34,752 nucleotides of DNA from Nemertoderma westbladi (Eukaryota > Animalia > Xenacoelomorpha). Each line of letters opens with the position of its first letter. The first letter of the stretch is position 1. Positions 15,001 through 28,313 of the stretch are shown here, one piece after another. The DNA is taken from NCBI GenBank assembly GCA_032718475.1, contig JAUCBJ010005200.1:1-34752 (forward strand), written 5' to 3'. The position numbers and the translations under genes are program-made. Below the pieces are notes generated by a model. It saw only the letters and a program-made list of their open reading frames with translations. It made no database searches and was not told the DNA's origin.

Positions 15001-18000
15001 CGTGTTCACAACTTACTATATCATAAGCACAACTTACTATCTCGTGCACACAACTTATGTCTCGTGCGTACTACTTACTATCCCGTGCGCACAACTTACT
15101 ATCTCGTGCACACAACTTATGTCTCGTGCGCACAACTTACTATCTCGTGCGCACAACTTACTATCTCGTGTTCACAACTTACTATATCATAAGCACAACT
15201 TACTATCTCATGCACACAACTTATGTCTCGTGCGTACTACTTACTATCCCGTGCGCACAACTTACTATCTCGTGTTCACAACTTACTATATCATAAGCAC
15301 AACTTACTATCTCGTGCACACAACTTATGTCTCGTGCGTACTACTTACTATCCCGTGCGCACAACTTACTATCTCGTGCACACAACTTATGTCTCGTGCG
15401 CACAACTTACTATCTCGTGCGCACAACTTACTATCTCGTGTTCACAACTTACTATATCATAAGCACAACTTACTATCTCATGCACACAACTTATGTCTCG
15501 TGCGTACTACTTACTATCTCGTGTTCACAACTTACTATATCATAAGCACAACTTACTATCTCATGCACACAACTTATGTCTCGTGCGTACTACTTACTAT
15601 CCCGTGCGCACAACTTACTATCTCGTGTTCACAACTTACTATATCATAAGCACAACTTACTATCTCGTGCACACAACTTATGTCTCGTGCGTACTACTTA
15701 CTATCTCGTGTTCACAACTTACTATATCATAAGCACAACTTACTATCTCGTGCGCACAACTTACTATCTCGTGTTCACAACTTACTATATCATAAGCACA
15801 ACTTACTATCTCATGCACACAACTTATGTCTCGTGCGTACTACTTACTATCTCGTGTTCACAACTTACTATATCATAAGCACAACTTACTATCTCATGCA
15901 CACAACTTATGTCTCGTGCGTACTACTTACTATCCCGTGCGCACAACTTACTATCTCGTGTTCACAACTTACTATATCATAAGCACAACTTACTATCTCG
16001 TGCGCACAACTTACTATCTCGTGCACACAACTTATGTCTCGTGCGTACTACTTACTATCCCGTGCGCACAACTTACTATCTCGTGTTCACAACTTACTAT
16101 ATCATAAGCACAACTTACTATCTCATGCACACAACTTATGTCTCGTGCGTACTACTTACTATCCCGTGCGCACAACTTACTATCTCGTGTTCACAACTTA
16201 CTATATCATAAGCACAACTTACTATCTCGTGCACACAACTTATGTCTCGTGCGTACTACTTACTATCCCGTGCGCACAACTTACTATCTCGTGCACACAA
16301 CTTATGTCTCGTGCGCACAACTTACTATCTCGTGCGCACAACTTACTATCTCGTGTTCACAACTTACTATATCATAAGCACAACTTACTATCTCATGCAC
16401 ACAACTTATGTCTCGTGCGTACTACTTACTATCTCGTGTTCACAACTTACTATATCATAAGCACAACTTACTATCTCATGCACACAACTTATGTCTCGTG
16501 CGTACTACTTACTATCCCGTGCGCACAACTTACTATCTCGTGTTCACAACTTACTATATCATAAGCACAACTTACTATCTCGTGCACACAACTTATGTCT
16601 CGTGCGTACTACTTACTATCCCGTGCGCACAACTTACTATCTCGTGTTCACAACTTACTATATCATAAGCACAACTTACTATCTCATGCACACAACTTAT
16701 GTCTCGTGCGTACTACTTACTATCCCGTGCGCACAACTTACTATCTCGTGTTCACAACTTACTATATCATAAGCACAACTTACTATCTCGTGCACACAAC
16801 TTATGTCTCGTGCGTACTACTTACTATCCCGTGCGCACAACTTACTATCTCGTGCACACAACTTATGTCTCGTGCGCACAACTTACTATCTCGTGCGCAC
16901 AACTTACTATCTCGTGTTCACAACTTACTATATCATAAGCACAACTTACTATCTCATGCACACAACTTATGTCTCGTGCGTACTACTTACTATCCCGTGC
17001 GCACAACTTACTATCTCGTGTTCACAACTTACTATATCATAAGCACAACTTACTATCTCGTGCACACAACTTATGTCTCGTGCGTACTACTTACTATCCC
17101 GTGCGCACAACTTACTATCTCGTGCACACAACTTATGTCTCGTGCGCACAACTTACTATCTCGTGCGCACAACTTACTATCTCGTGTTCACAACTTACTA
17201 TATCATAAGCACAACTTACTATCTCATGCACACAACTTATGTCTCGTGCGTACTACTTACTATCTCGTGTTCACAACTTACTATATCATAAGCACAACTT
17301 ACTATCTCATGCACACAACTTATGTCTCGTGCGTACTACTTACTATCCCGTGCGCACAACTTACTATCTCGTGTTCACAACTTACTATATCATAAGCACA
17401 ACTTACTATCTCGTGCACACAACTTATGTCTCGTGCGTACTACTTACTATCCCGTGCGCACAACTTACTATCTCGTGCACACAACTTATGTCTCGTGCGC
17501 ACAACTTACTATCTCGTGCGCACAACTTACTATCTCGTGTTCACAACTTACTATATCATAAGCACAACTTACTATCTCATGCACACAACTTATGTCTCGT
17601 GCGTACTACTTACTATCCCGTGCGCACAACTTACTATCTCGTGTTCACAACTTACTATATCATAAGCACAACTTACTATCTCATGCACACAACTTATGTC
17701 TCGTGCGTACTACTTACTATCCCGTGCGCACAACTTACTATCTCGTGTTCACAACTTACTATATCATAAGCACAACTTACTATCTCGTGCACACAACTTA
17801 TGTCTCGTGCGTACTACTTACTATCCCGTGCGCACAACTTACTATCTCGTGCACACAACTTATGTCTCGTGCGCACAACTTACTATCTCGTGCGCACAAC
17901 TTACTATCTCGTGCACACAACTTATGTCTCGTGCGCACAACTTACTATCTCGTGCGCACAACTTACTATCTCGTGCACACAACTTATGTCTCGTGCGCAC

Positions 18001-21000
18001 AACTTACTATCTCGTGCGCACAACTTACTATCTCGTGTTCACAACTTACTATATCATAAGCACAACTTACTATCTCGTGCACACAACTTATGTCTCGTGC
18101 GCACAACTTACTATCTCGTGCGCACAACTTACTATCTCGTGCACACAACTTATGTCTCGTGCGCACAACTTACTATCTCGTGCGCACAACTTACTATCTC
18201 GTGTTCACAACTTACTATATCATAAGCACAACTTACTATCTCGTGCGCACAACTTACTATCTCGTGTTCACAACTTACTATATCATAAGCACAACTTACT
18301 ATCTCATGCACACAACTTACTATCTCGTGCGTACTACTTACTATCCCGTGCGCACAACTTACTATCTCGTGTTCACAACTTACTATATCATAAGCACAAC
18401 TTATGTCTCGTGCGTACTACTTACTATCCCGTGCGCACAACTTACTATCTCGTGTTCACAACTTACTATATCATAAGCACAACTTACTATATCATAAGCA
18501 CAACTTACTATCTCGTGCACACAACTTATGTCTCGTGCGTACTACTTACTATCTCGTGCGCACAACTTACTATCTCGTGTTCACAACTTACTATATCATA
18601 AGCACAACTTACTATCTCATGCACACAACTTATGTCTCGTGCGTACTACTTACTATCCCGTGCGCACAACTTACTATCTCGTGTTCACAACTTACTATAT
18701 CATAAGCACAACTTACTATCTCATGCACACAACTTATGTCTCGTGCGTACTACTTACTATCCCGTGCGCACAACTTACTATCTCGTGTTCACAACTTACT
18801 ATATCATAAGCACAACTTACTATCTCATGCACACAACTTATGTCTCGTGCGTACTACTTACTATCCCGTGCGCACAACTTACTATCTCGTGTTCACAACT
18901 TACTATATCATAAGCACAACTTACTATATCATAAGCACAACTTACTATCTCGTGCACACAACTTATGTCTCGTGCGTACTACTTACTATCCCGTGCGCAC
19001 AACTTACTATCTCGTGCACACAACTTATGTCTCGTGCGCACAACTTACTATCTCGTGCGCACAACTTACTATCTCGTGTTCACAACTTACTATATCATAA
19101 GCACAACTTACTATCTCATGCACACAACTTATGTCTCGTGCGTACTACTTACTATCCCGTGCGCACAACTTACTATCTCGTGTTCACAACTTACTATATC
19201 ATAAGCACAACTTACTATCTCATGCACACAACTTATGTCTCGTGCGTACTACTTACTATCCCGTGCGCACAACTTACTATCTCGTGTTCACAACTTACTA
19301 TATCATAAGCACAACTTACTATCTCATGCACACAACTTATGTCTCGTGCGTACTACTTACTATCCCGTGCGCACAACTTACTATCTCGTGTTCACAACTT
19401 ACTATATCATAAGCACAACTTACTATATCATAAGCACAACTTACTATCTCGTGCACACAACTTATGTCTCGTGCGTACTACTTACTATCCCGTGCGCACA
19501 ACTTACTATCTCGTGCACACAACTTATGTCTCGTGCGCACAACTTACTATCTCGTGCGCACAACTTACTATCTCGTGTTCACAACTTACTATATCATAAG
19601 CACAACTTACTATCTCATGCACACAACTTATGTCTCGTGCGTACTACTTACTATCCCGTGCGCACAACTTACTATCTCGTGTTCACAACTTACTATATCA
19701 TAAGCACAACTTACTATCTCATGCACACAACTTATGTCTCGTGCGTACTACTTACTATCCCGTGCGCACAACTTACTATCTCGTGTTCACAACTTACTAT
19801 ATCATAAGCACAACTTACTATCTCATGCACACAACTTATGTCTCGTGCGTACTACTTACTATCCCGTGCGCACAACTTACTATCTCGTGTTCACAACTTA
19901 CTATATCATAAGCACAACTTACTATCTCATGCACACAACTTATGTCTCGTGCGTACTACTTACTATCCCGTGCGCACAACTTACTATCTCGTGTTCACAA
20001 CTTACTATATCATAAGCACAACTTACTATCTCATGCACACAACTTATGTCTCGTGCGTACTACTTACTATCCCGTGCGCACAACTTACTATCTCGTGTTC
20101 ACAACTTACTATATCATAAGCACAACTTACTATCTCGTGTTCACAACTTACTATATCATAAGCACAACTTACTATGCACACAACATCCCATGCGCACAAC
20201 TTACTATCTCATGCACACAACTTATGTCTCGTGCGTACTACTTACTATCCCGTGCGCACAACTTACTATCTCGTGTTCACAACTTACTATATCATAAGCA
20301 CAACTTACTATCTCATGTTCACAACTTACTATATCATAAGCACAACTTACTATGCACACAACATCCCATGCGCACAACTTACTATCTCATGCACACAACT
20401 TATGTCTCGTGCGTACTACTTACTATCCCGTGCGCACAACTTACTATCTCGTGTTCACAACTTACTATATCATAAGCACAACTTACTATCTCGTGCACAC
20501 AACTTATGTCTCGTGCGTACTACTTACTATCCCGTGCGCACAACTTACTATCTCGTGTTCACAACTTACTATATCATAAGCACAACTTACTATCTCGTGC
20601 ACACAACTTATGTCTCGTGCGTACTACTTACTATCCCGTGCGCACAACTTACTATCTCGTGTTCACAACTTACTATATCATAAGCACAACTTACTATCCC
20701 GTGCGCACAACTTACTATCTCGTGTTCACAACTTACTATATCATAAGCACAACTTACTATCTCGTGCACACAACTTATGTCTCGTGCGTACTACTTACTA
20801 TCCCGTGCGCACAACTTACTATCTCGTGTTCACAACTTACTATATCATAAGCACAACTTACTATCCCGTGCGCACAACTTACTATCTCGTGTTCACAACT
20901 TACTATATCATAAGCACAACTTACTATCTCATGCACACAACTTATGTCTCGTGCGTACTACTTACTATCCCGTGCGCACAACTTACTATCTCGTGTTCAC

Positions 21001-24000
21001 AACTTACTATATCATAAGCACAACTTACTATCTCGTGCACACAACTTATGTCTCGTGCGTACTACTTACTATCCCGTGCGCACAACTTACTATCTCGTGT
21101 TCACAACTTACTATATCATAAGCACAACTTACTATCTCGTGCACACAACTTATGTCTCGTGCGTACTACTTACTATCCCGTGCGCACAACTTACTATCTC
21201 GTGCGCACAACTTACTATCTCGTGCGCACAACTTACTATCTCGTGTTCACAACTTACTATATCATAAGCACAACTTACTATCTCGTGCACACAACTTACT
21301 ATCCCGTGCGCACAACTTACTATCTCGTGCACACAACTTATGTCTCGTGCGTACTACTTACTATCCCGTGCGCACAACTTACTATCTCGTGCGCACAACT
21401 TACTATCTCGTGCGCACAACTTACTATCTCGTGTTCACAACTTACTATATCATAAGCACAACTTACTATCTCGTGCACACAACTTATGTCTCGTGCGTAC
21501 TACTTACTATCCCGTGCGCACAACTTACTATCTCGTGTTCACAACTTACTATATCATAAGCACAACTTACTATCTCGTGTTCACAACTTACTATATCATA
21601 AGCACAACTTACTATCTCATGCACACAACTTATGTCTCGTGCGTACTACTTACTATCCCGTGCGCACAACTTACTATCTCGTGTTCACAACTTACTATAT
21701 CATAAGCACAACTTACTATCTCGTGTTCACAACTTACTATATCATAAGCACAACTTACTATCTCATGCACACAACTTATGTCTCGTGCGTACTACTTACT
21801 ATCCCGTGCGCACAACTTACTATCTCGTGCGCACAACTTACTATCTCGTGCGCACAACTTACTATCTCATACGCACAACTTATACTATCTCATACGCACA
21901 ACTTATACTATCTCATACGCACAACTTACTATGCACACAACATCCCATGCGCACAACTTACTATCTCGTGCACACAACTTATGTCTCGTGCGTACTACTT
22001 ACTATCCCGTGCGCACAACTTACTATCTCGTGTTCACAACTTACTATATCATAAGCACAACTTACTATCTCGTGCACACAACTTATGTCTCGTGCGTACT
22101 ACTTACTATCCCGTGCGCACAACTTACTATCTCGTGCGCACAACTTACTATCTCGTGTTCACAACTTACTATATCATAAGCACAACTTACTATCTCGTGC
22201 ACACAACTTATGTCTCGTGCGTACTACTTACTATCCCGTGCGCACAACTTACTATCTCGTGCGCACAACTTACTATCTCGTGCGCACAACTTACTATCTC
22301 ATACGCACAACTTATAATATCTCATACGCACAACTTATACTATCTCATACGCACAACTTACTATGCACACAACATCCCATGCGCACAACTTACTATCTCG
22401 TGCACACAACTTATGTCTCGTGCGTACTACTTACTATCCCGTGCGCACAACTTACTATCTCGTGTTCACAACTTACTATATCATAAGCACAACTTACTAT
22501 CTCGTGCACACAACTTATGTCTCGTGCGTACTACTTACTATCCCGTGCGCACAACTTACTATCTCGTGCGCACAACTTACTATCTCGTGTTCACAACTTA
22601 CTATATCATAAGCACAACTTACTATCTCGTGCACACAACTTATGTCTCGTGCGTACTACTTACTATCCCGTGCGCACAACTTACTATCTCGTGCACACAA
22701 CTTATGTCTCGTGCGCACAACTTACTATCTCGTGTTCACAACTTACTATATCATAAGCACAACTTACTATCCCGTGCGCACAACTTACTATCTCGTGCAC
22801 ACAACTTATGTCTCGTGCGCACAACTTACTATCTCGTGTTCACAACTTACTATATCATAAGCACAACTTACTATCTCATGCACACAACTTATGTCTCGTG
22901 CGTACTACTTACTATCCCGTGCGCACAACTTACTATCTCGTGTTCACAACTTACTATATCATAAGCACAACTTACTATCTCATGCACACAACTTATGTCT
23001 CGTGCGTACTACTTACTATCCCGTGCGCACAACTTACTATCTCGTGTTCACAACTTACTATATCATAAGCACAACTTACTATCTCATGCACACAACTTAT
23101 GTCTCGTGCGTACTACTTACTATCCCGTGCGCACAACTTACTATCTCGTGTTCACAACTTACTATATCATAAGCACAACTTACTATCTCATGCACACAAC
23201 TTATGTCTCGTGCGCACAACTTACTATCTCGTGCGCACAACTTACTATCTCATACGCACAACTTATACTATCTCATACGCACAACTTACTATGCACACAA
23301 CATCCCATGCGCACAACTTACTATCTCGTGCACACAACTTATGTCTCGTGCGTACTACTTACTATCCCGTGCGCACAACTTACTATCCCGTGCGCACAAC
23401 TTACTATCTCGTGTTCACAACTTACTATATCATAAGCACAACTTACTATCTCATGCACACAACTTACTATCTCATACGCACAACTTATACTATCTCATAC
23501 GCACAACTTATACTATCTCATACGCACAACTTACTATGCACACAACATCCCATGCGCACAACTTACTATCTCGTGCACACAACTTATGTCTCGTGCGTAC
23601 TACTTACTATCCCGTGCGCACAACTTACTATCTCGTGCGCACAACTTACTATCTCGTGCGCACAACTTACTATCTCATACGCACAACTTATACTATCTCA
23701 TACGCACAACTTATACTATCTCATACGCACAACTTACTATGCACACAACATCCCATGCGCACAACTTACTATCTCGTGCACACAACTTATGTCTCGTGCG
23801 TACTACTTACTATCCCGTGCGCACAACTTACTATCTCGTGTTCACAACTTACTATATCATAAGCACAACTTACTATCTCATGCACACAACTTATGTCTCG
23901 TGCGTACTACTTACTATCCCGTGCGCACAACTTACTATCTCGTGTTCACAACTTACTATATCATAAGCACAACTTACTATCTCGTGCACACAACTTATGT

Positions 24001-25082
24001 CTCGTGCGTACTACTTACTATCCCGTGCGCACAACTTACTATCTCGTGCGCACAACTTACTATCTCGTGCGCACAACTTACTATCTCATACGCACAACTT
24101 ATACTATCTCATACGCACAACTTACTATGCACACAACATCCCATGCGCACAACTTACTATCTCGTGCACACAACTTATGTCTCGTGCGTACTACTTACTA
24201 TCCCGTGCGCACAACTTACTATCTCGTGTTCACAACTTACTATATCATAAGCACAACTTACTATCTCATGCACACAACTTATGTCTCGTGCGTACTACTT
24301 ACTATCCCGTGCGCACAACTTACTATCTCGTGCGCACAACTTACTATCTCGTGCGCACAACTTACTATCTCATACGCACAACTTATACTATCTCATACGC
24401 ACAACTTATACTATCTCATACGCACAACTTACTATGCACACAACATCCCATGCGCACAACTTACTATCTCGTGCACACAACTTATGTCTCGTGCGTACTA
24501 CTTACTATCCCGTGCGCACAACTTACTATCTCGTGTTCACAACTTACTATATCATAAGCACAACTTACTATCTCATGCACACAACTTATGTCTCGTGCGT
24601 ACTACTTACTATCCCGTGCGCACAACTTACTATCTCGTGTTCACAACTTACTATATCATAAGCACAACTTACTATCTCATGCACACAACTTATGTCTCGT
24701 GCGTACTACTTACTATCCCGTGCGCACAACTTACTATCTCGTGCGCACAACTTACTATCTCATACGCACAACTTATACTATCTCATACGCACAACTTACT
24801 ATGCACACAACATCCCATGCGCACAACTTACTATCTCGTGCACACAACTTATGTCTCGTGCGTACTACTTACTATCCCGTGCGCACAACTTACTATCTCG
24901 TGTTCACAACTTACTATATCATAAGCACAACTTACTATCTCATGCACACAACTTATGTCTCGTGCGCACTACTTACTATCTCGTGCGCACAAATTACTAT
25001 CTCGTGCGCACAACTTACTATGCACACAACATTTTATATATCTAATGCGCACTACTTACTATCTCGTGCGCACAACTTACTA
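1..25082. repeat. Satellite array: ~21-bp monomers (about 1200 by length) arranged mainly as a 104-bp five-monomer higher-order repeat
   Basis: Recurrent HOR CACAACTTATGTCTCGTGCG(20)+TACTACTTACTATCCCGTGCG(21)+CACAACTTACTATCTCGTGTT(21)+CACAACTTACTATATCATAAG(21)+CACAACTTACTATCTCRTGCA(21)=104 bp. ORF starts recur every 104 bp (e.g. 5232, 5336, 5440, 5544). The array runs off the left window edge and degenerates at ~24960-25082. Confidence 0.98.
73..620. repeat. Sub-domain of plain 21-bp monomer (CCCGTGCGCACAACTTACTAT)n without HOR structure, with scattered 1-4 bp indels
   Basis: About 26 consecutive copies of one monomer type; indels e.g. near 180, 198, 285, 382, 416, 452, 477, 497. Confidence 0.9.
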
Positions 25083-26222
25083 ACTCATTCACTATTTCAA
25101 TATATAGGATGGGGTTTCGTTTGGGGGGTATTGTCTACTTCTAATGTAAACGGATGTGATTTACGATAATGAGTTAAAGGGGATGGATGCGAGCTAAGCA
25201 AACGCTATGAAGTGTGATTCGCTAGATTAATGACGGTATGGACTTACCGGTACTTTACGATTAGATGCGTAGAATACCCAAACAAACATCCTTACCTTGT
25301 TTCGTATCCGTAGCGCCTTGCTTATGGTATCGGTAATATTGGATAGGGACTTCAAACTACACACACTCACTCAGGATAAATATAGTTTTATATAGTTTTA
25401 GCACCAGAAATGCTTCATTACTTTCCCAACGAAAGCTCCGGATCTCCGGAATGTTTGGCGTCCGGAATGTCCGGTGTCCGATGTAATGATCGGGATTTCA
25501 TAACTTAATACTTAGATCATGTAATAATAATTTTGAACTGCAATGCAATAACTCATTAACTAATAGAAGATACTTCTAAATAAATAATAAATACAAATAA
25601 TAATACAATATACACCACCACTCGGGGTAAATGGTTACGGCTCAGTAAAATATACATATAGATGAACATAAATAATGTATTATATATAATTAGTAAAATG
25701 TGATTAATAAAATATTGATAATTAATTGTTATGGAAAGGCCGATAAGCCGGATAGAGTAGGACAAAAGAGGGCAGACCAAGGCGTGGTAACGGTTGGAGC
25801 ACTATTGGAGCACGGATCCCTGTATAGTATAATGTGATCTATTATTTAATTAATTTCAGAGATTATAAGAGGAATATTTAACTTATTCTAGAACAGTTTT
25901 TTTCTTTCAATCTACGGTATTTTCTTTGCCAAATTTAAATTTATTTTTCATTTTATTTCCTGATATTTGTTGATTCCATGACATAAATAAATATATTTCT
26001 TTTAAATAATGTTGTAAACTTATCAGCGTGTCAGCATAATGTCAGCGCAGTAGTGAAATTGAAATTGAATTGTGCGAATCAGTAGCAGTTAGTTGCGCAC
26101 ATTGACCGCAATTGAAATATGTGATGTTCAGCGAAATTGGTCGCAAATGAAATAAATATTTGTTTATTGCTTTTGTTAGAAAACACCGACACTGTAACCC
26201 GCTCCTTTCCCTTAATGTTTTA

Positions 26223-27372
26223 ATCTCGATTGCTTCAAAGCTATAACAGAATTTGAATCCCATCAGGGATCCTGTTGAGAGACTGTTACGTGGGAACCAA
26301 AATGGTTTCCGTAAATGTCGTGGGAGCTTGGAGCCCATTTTGGTACTTAGTTGAAGAGTTATCAAAAAAGAAAGACAGGCATCTAGCTGTTATCTTTGTT
26401 GACTTCTTCAAGGCCTTTGATTCAGTCTCTCGCTCACGTATGTTCAGCATACTTTCATTATATGGGATTCCTGATGAAATTATAGCAGCAATCAGATCAG
26501 TATACGATGGTTCGACAACATTTGTGACTACTGTTGATGGTAACACAGATCAATTCGACGTCTTATGGGGATTCCTCCAGGGTGACACATTTGCACCGTT
26601 CTTATTCGTAATTGTGGTTGGTTGTGTTCTACGCATGTCCTACCTTAGACCATCTTAATAGAGAAGGGGAGGGGTGATGGTAACACACCCTACTGGCACA
26701 AGAAGTAGAGGAAATACAGCAAAGGACCATACTGCTCTAGACTTTGCTGATGACGTAGGGGTACTGTCCGAATTACTAGAGGGACCCCAAAGGATCCTCT
26801 GCTCATTGGATCAGGTTTATTCTAGTGTTGGTCCTTTTGTACACTCCAAGAAGACTAGAATTATGACAAGGAAAGTTTACAGCCCTCAAGAAATGTCTGA
26901 TCTTCAGGGCATAGTCTGTCCATGGTATGGTCATGGCATGGTATTGTCTGTCCACAAGTTGGAAGTCCCGTAGAATATAACGGAACCTACTTGTATCAAT
27001 AACGATGAACACATCTCCAATCACACTATACAACCTTGGAGGTGTTTCACTGTAGTCTTAACTTGCTTGACACTTGAACGGAACCGCCTCCGCTTTGCAG
27101 GACATTGCTTTCGCCGTGAGGACCAGCCAGTGAATAATCTTGTGCTTTGGCAAGCTCATGGATTGAATTTGAATGGGGACAGCCCATGACTTTCTTTAGA
27201 CGCATCTTAAAGGACACCGGCCTTAAAGATGCGGATGATCTAGCAAATGTAATGGGTGATAGGGAGTTGTGGCGGCGCAATTTTGTCGACAAGCCGGGGC
27301 AGCATTCTCAATATATATGTAATATATATACTGCAGCTGCAATGCAGCATGCCGATAGAATAGCAGTAGTAG
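26223..27372 (+). mobile_element. 5'-truncated, degraded non-LTR retrotransposon (LINE, RTE-like), copy 1: RT fragment, C-terminus and TAG-rich tail
   Basis: RT motifs FVDFFKAFDSV and GFLQGDTFAPFLF (ORF 26275-26658) and LDFADDVG (FADD at 26743-26754); C-terminal RLRFAGHCFRR-coding DNA at ~27084-27116; frameshifts and stops; decayed tail TAGAATAGCAGTAGTAG at 27356-27372; colinear with the minus-strand copy. Only a weak TSD candidate (GTTTTAA 26217-26223 / 27376-27382). Clade assigned from motif recall only. Confidence 0.88.
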
Positions 27373-27868
27373 GAAGTTTTAAACCCACTAAACACATATT
27401 TGGTGTTTTGGGTTATTTTGCGCCATACTCAGATGTGTCATCATGATTCAAGGATGGCGTAATAATTGCATACTTAATTACTTGTGTTAGTGTCGGAGTG
27501 AACAAGGGTAATTAATAAGGCTAAGCATGAAACGGTACATAGCAATGAGACAGGAGAGGAAAACTGGGTTCTATTCCCATCTCGGCAAATTAGTATCTTG
27601 CCTCAATGTTCAATTATTAGTTTTAGAGAAAGGAGCAGATTGCAGTGACACGTTATTCTAACCAAAATAATAAACTAAAATCAATAGAACATGTTACAAT
27701 TTTATTTTTGAGAATAATCAGCTGTTAGATATTCCCCTGGAGAGGGATCTATATTGAAGGTATCTGCCCGACTCGGAACTCCAAACCGAAACCCCCCTCC
27801 CCCTACCGATTTGATAATAATACAGTATAAGTGAAAGTAATTAAGTTAAGGTACCTAAAAACTATAAC

Positions 27869-27880
27869 ATGTTAAACAAT
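27869..27880. other. Left target-site duplication of the 411-bp-unit insertion (ATGTTAAACAAT)
   Basis: Identical 12-mer at 27869-27880 and 30245-30256, abutting both ends of element-derived sequence. Confidence 0.85.
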
Positions 27881-27928
27881 TATTATAGGAAGGGATCTAG
27901 GGGTCTTAACCTCGAATGATAAGTTTAT
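27880..27928 (-). repeat. 49-bp inverted fragment of the 411-bp unit at the 5' end of the insertion
   Basis: TTATTATAGGAAGGGATCTAGGGGTCTTAACCTCGAATGATAAGTTTAT is the exact reverse complement of 28082-28130. Confidence 0.95.
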
Positions 27929-27945
27929 CGAAACGCGTACGTGGT
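27928..27945 (+). ncRNA. 3' half of a hammerhead ribozyme (truncated first copy)
   Basis: TCGAAACGCGTACGTGGT is present, but the CTGATGA and stem I 5' arm are replaced by the inverted segment. Confidence 0.8.
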
Positions 27946-28250
27946 TTGGAGGGATATGAGATATTAATTTCAAGAAAAATTACGCGATTCCTAAATTTGT
28001 ACACTACCCGGTTAAAAAGTACGCATTTGATGGGATTAGTCCTACAATTGCGCCAATAAAAGATAAGTTATTTTCGGTAAAATAAACTTATCATTCGAGG
28101 TTAAGACCCCTAGATCCCTTCCTATAATAAATGTATAATAACAAACACCTCGAAGAATACAGCTTGCCAACACATTGTTACTACCAATAATCAAAAATCA
28201 GGGGCTAATAAAATGGCAGCTGGCTTTGAAATTAATACGCCATATCTCAA

Positions 28251-28313
28251 GAACCTGTGGCCTAGTGGTTGTAGTCTCGGCTTCCACCTCGAGGTCCCCG
28301 GTTCGAATCCGAC
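28251..28313 (+). promoter_or_regulatory. tRNA-derived head with internal RNA Pol III promoter, copy 1
   Basis: A box TGGCCTAGTGG at 28258-28268 and B box GGTTCGAATCC at 28300-28310 with tRNA-like spacing; anticodon-like arm CTCGG-CTTCCAC-CTCGAG; no 3' acceptor strand. Confidence 0.88.

Noticed and set aside
1-25082. CRISPR array or variable-cassette system (constant CACAACTTA with variable intervening bases)
   Set aside because: Variable parts are a handful of recurring ~10-bp alleles, not unique spacers; no cas genes; context is eukaryotic retroelements.
28-25169. Hundreds of overlapping ORFs up to 598 aa (SRAHNLL / VRTTYYP / CAQLTIP repeats)
   Set aside because: Translations of a stop-poor 21-bp satellite in all three + frames; frames swap at each 20-bp monomer; no coding signal.
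25083-26220. Short ORFs and small TCCGGA / GGAGCAC / TCAGC repeats in the spacer after the satellite
   Set aside because: AT-rich low-information sequence with no homology or structure I can support.
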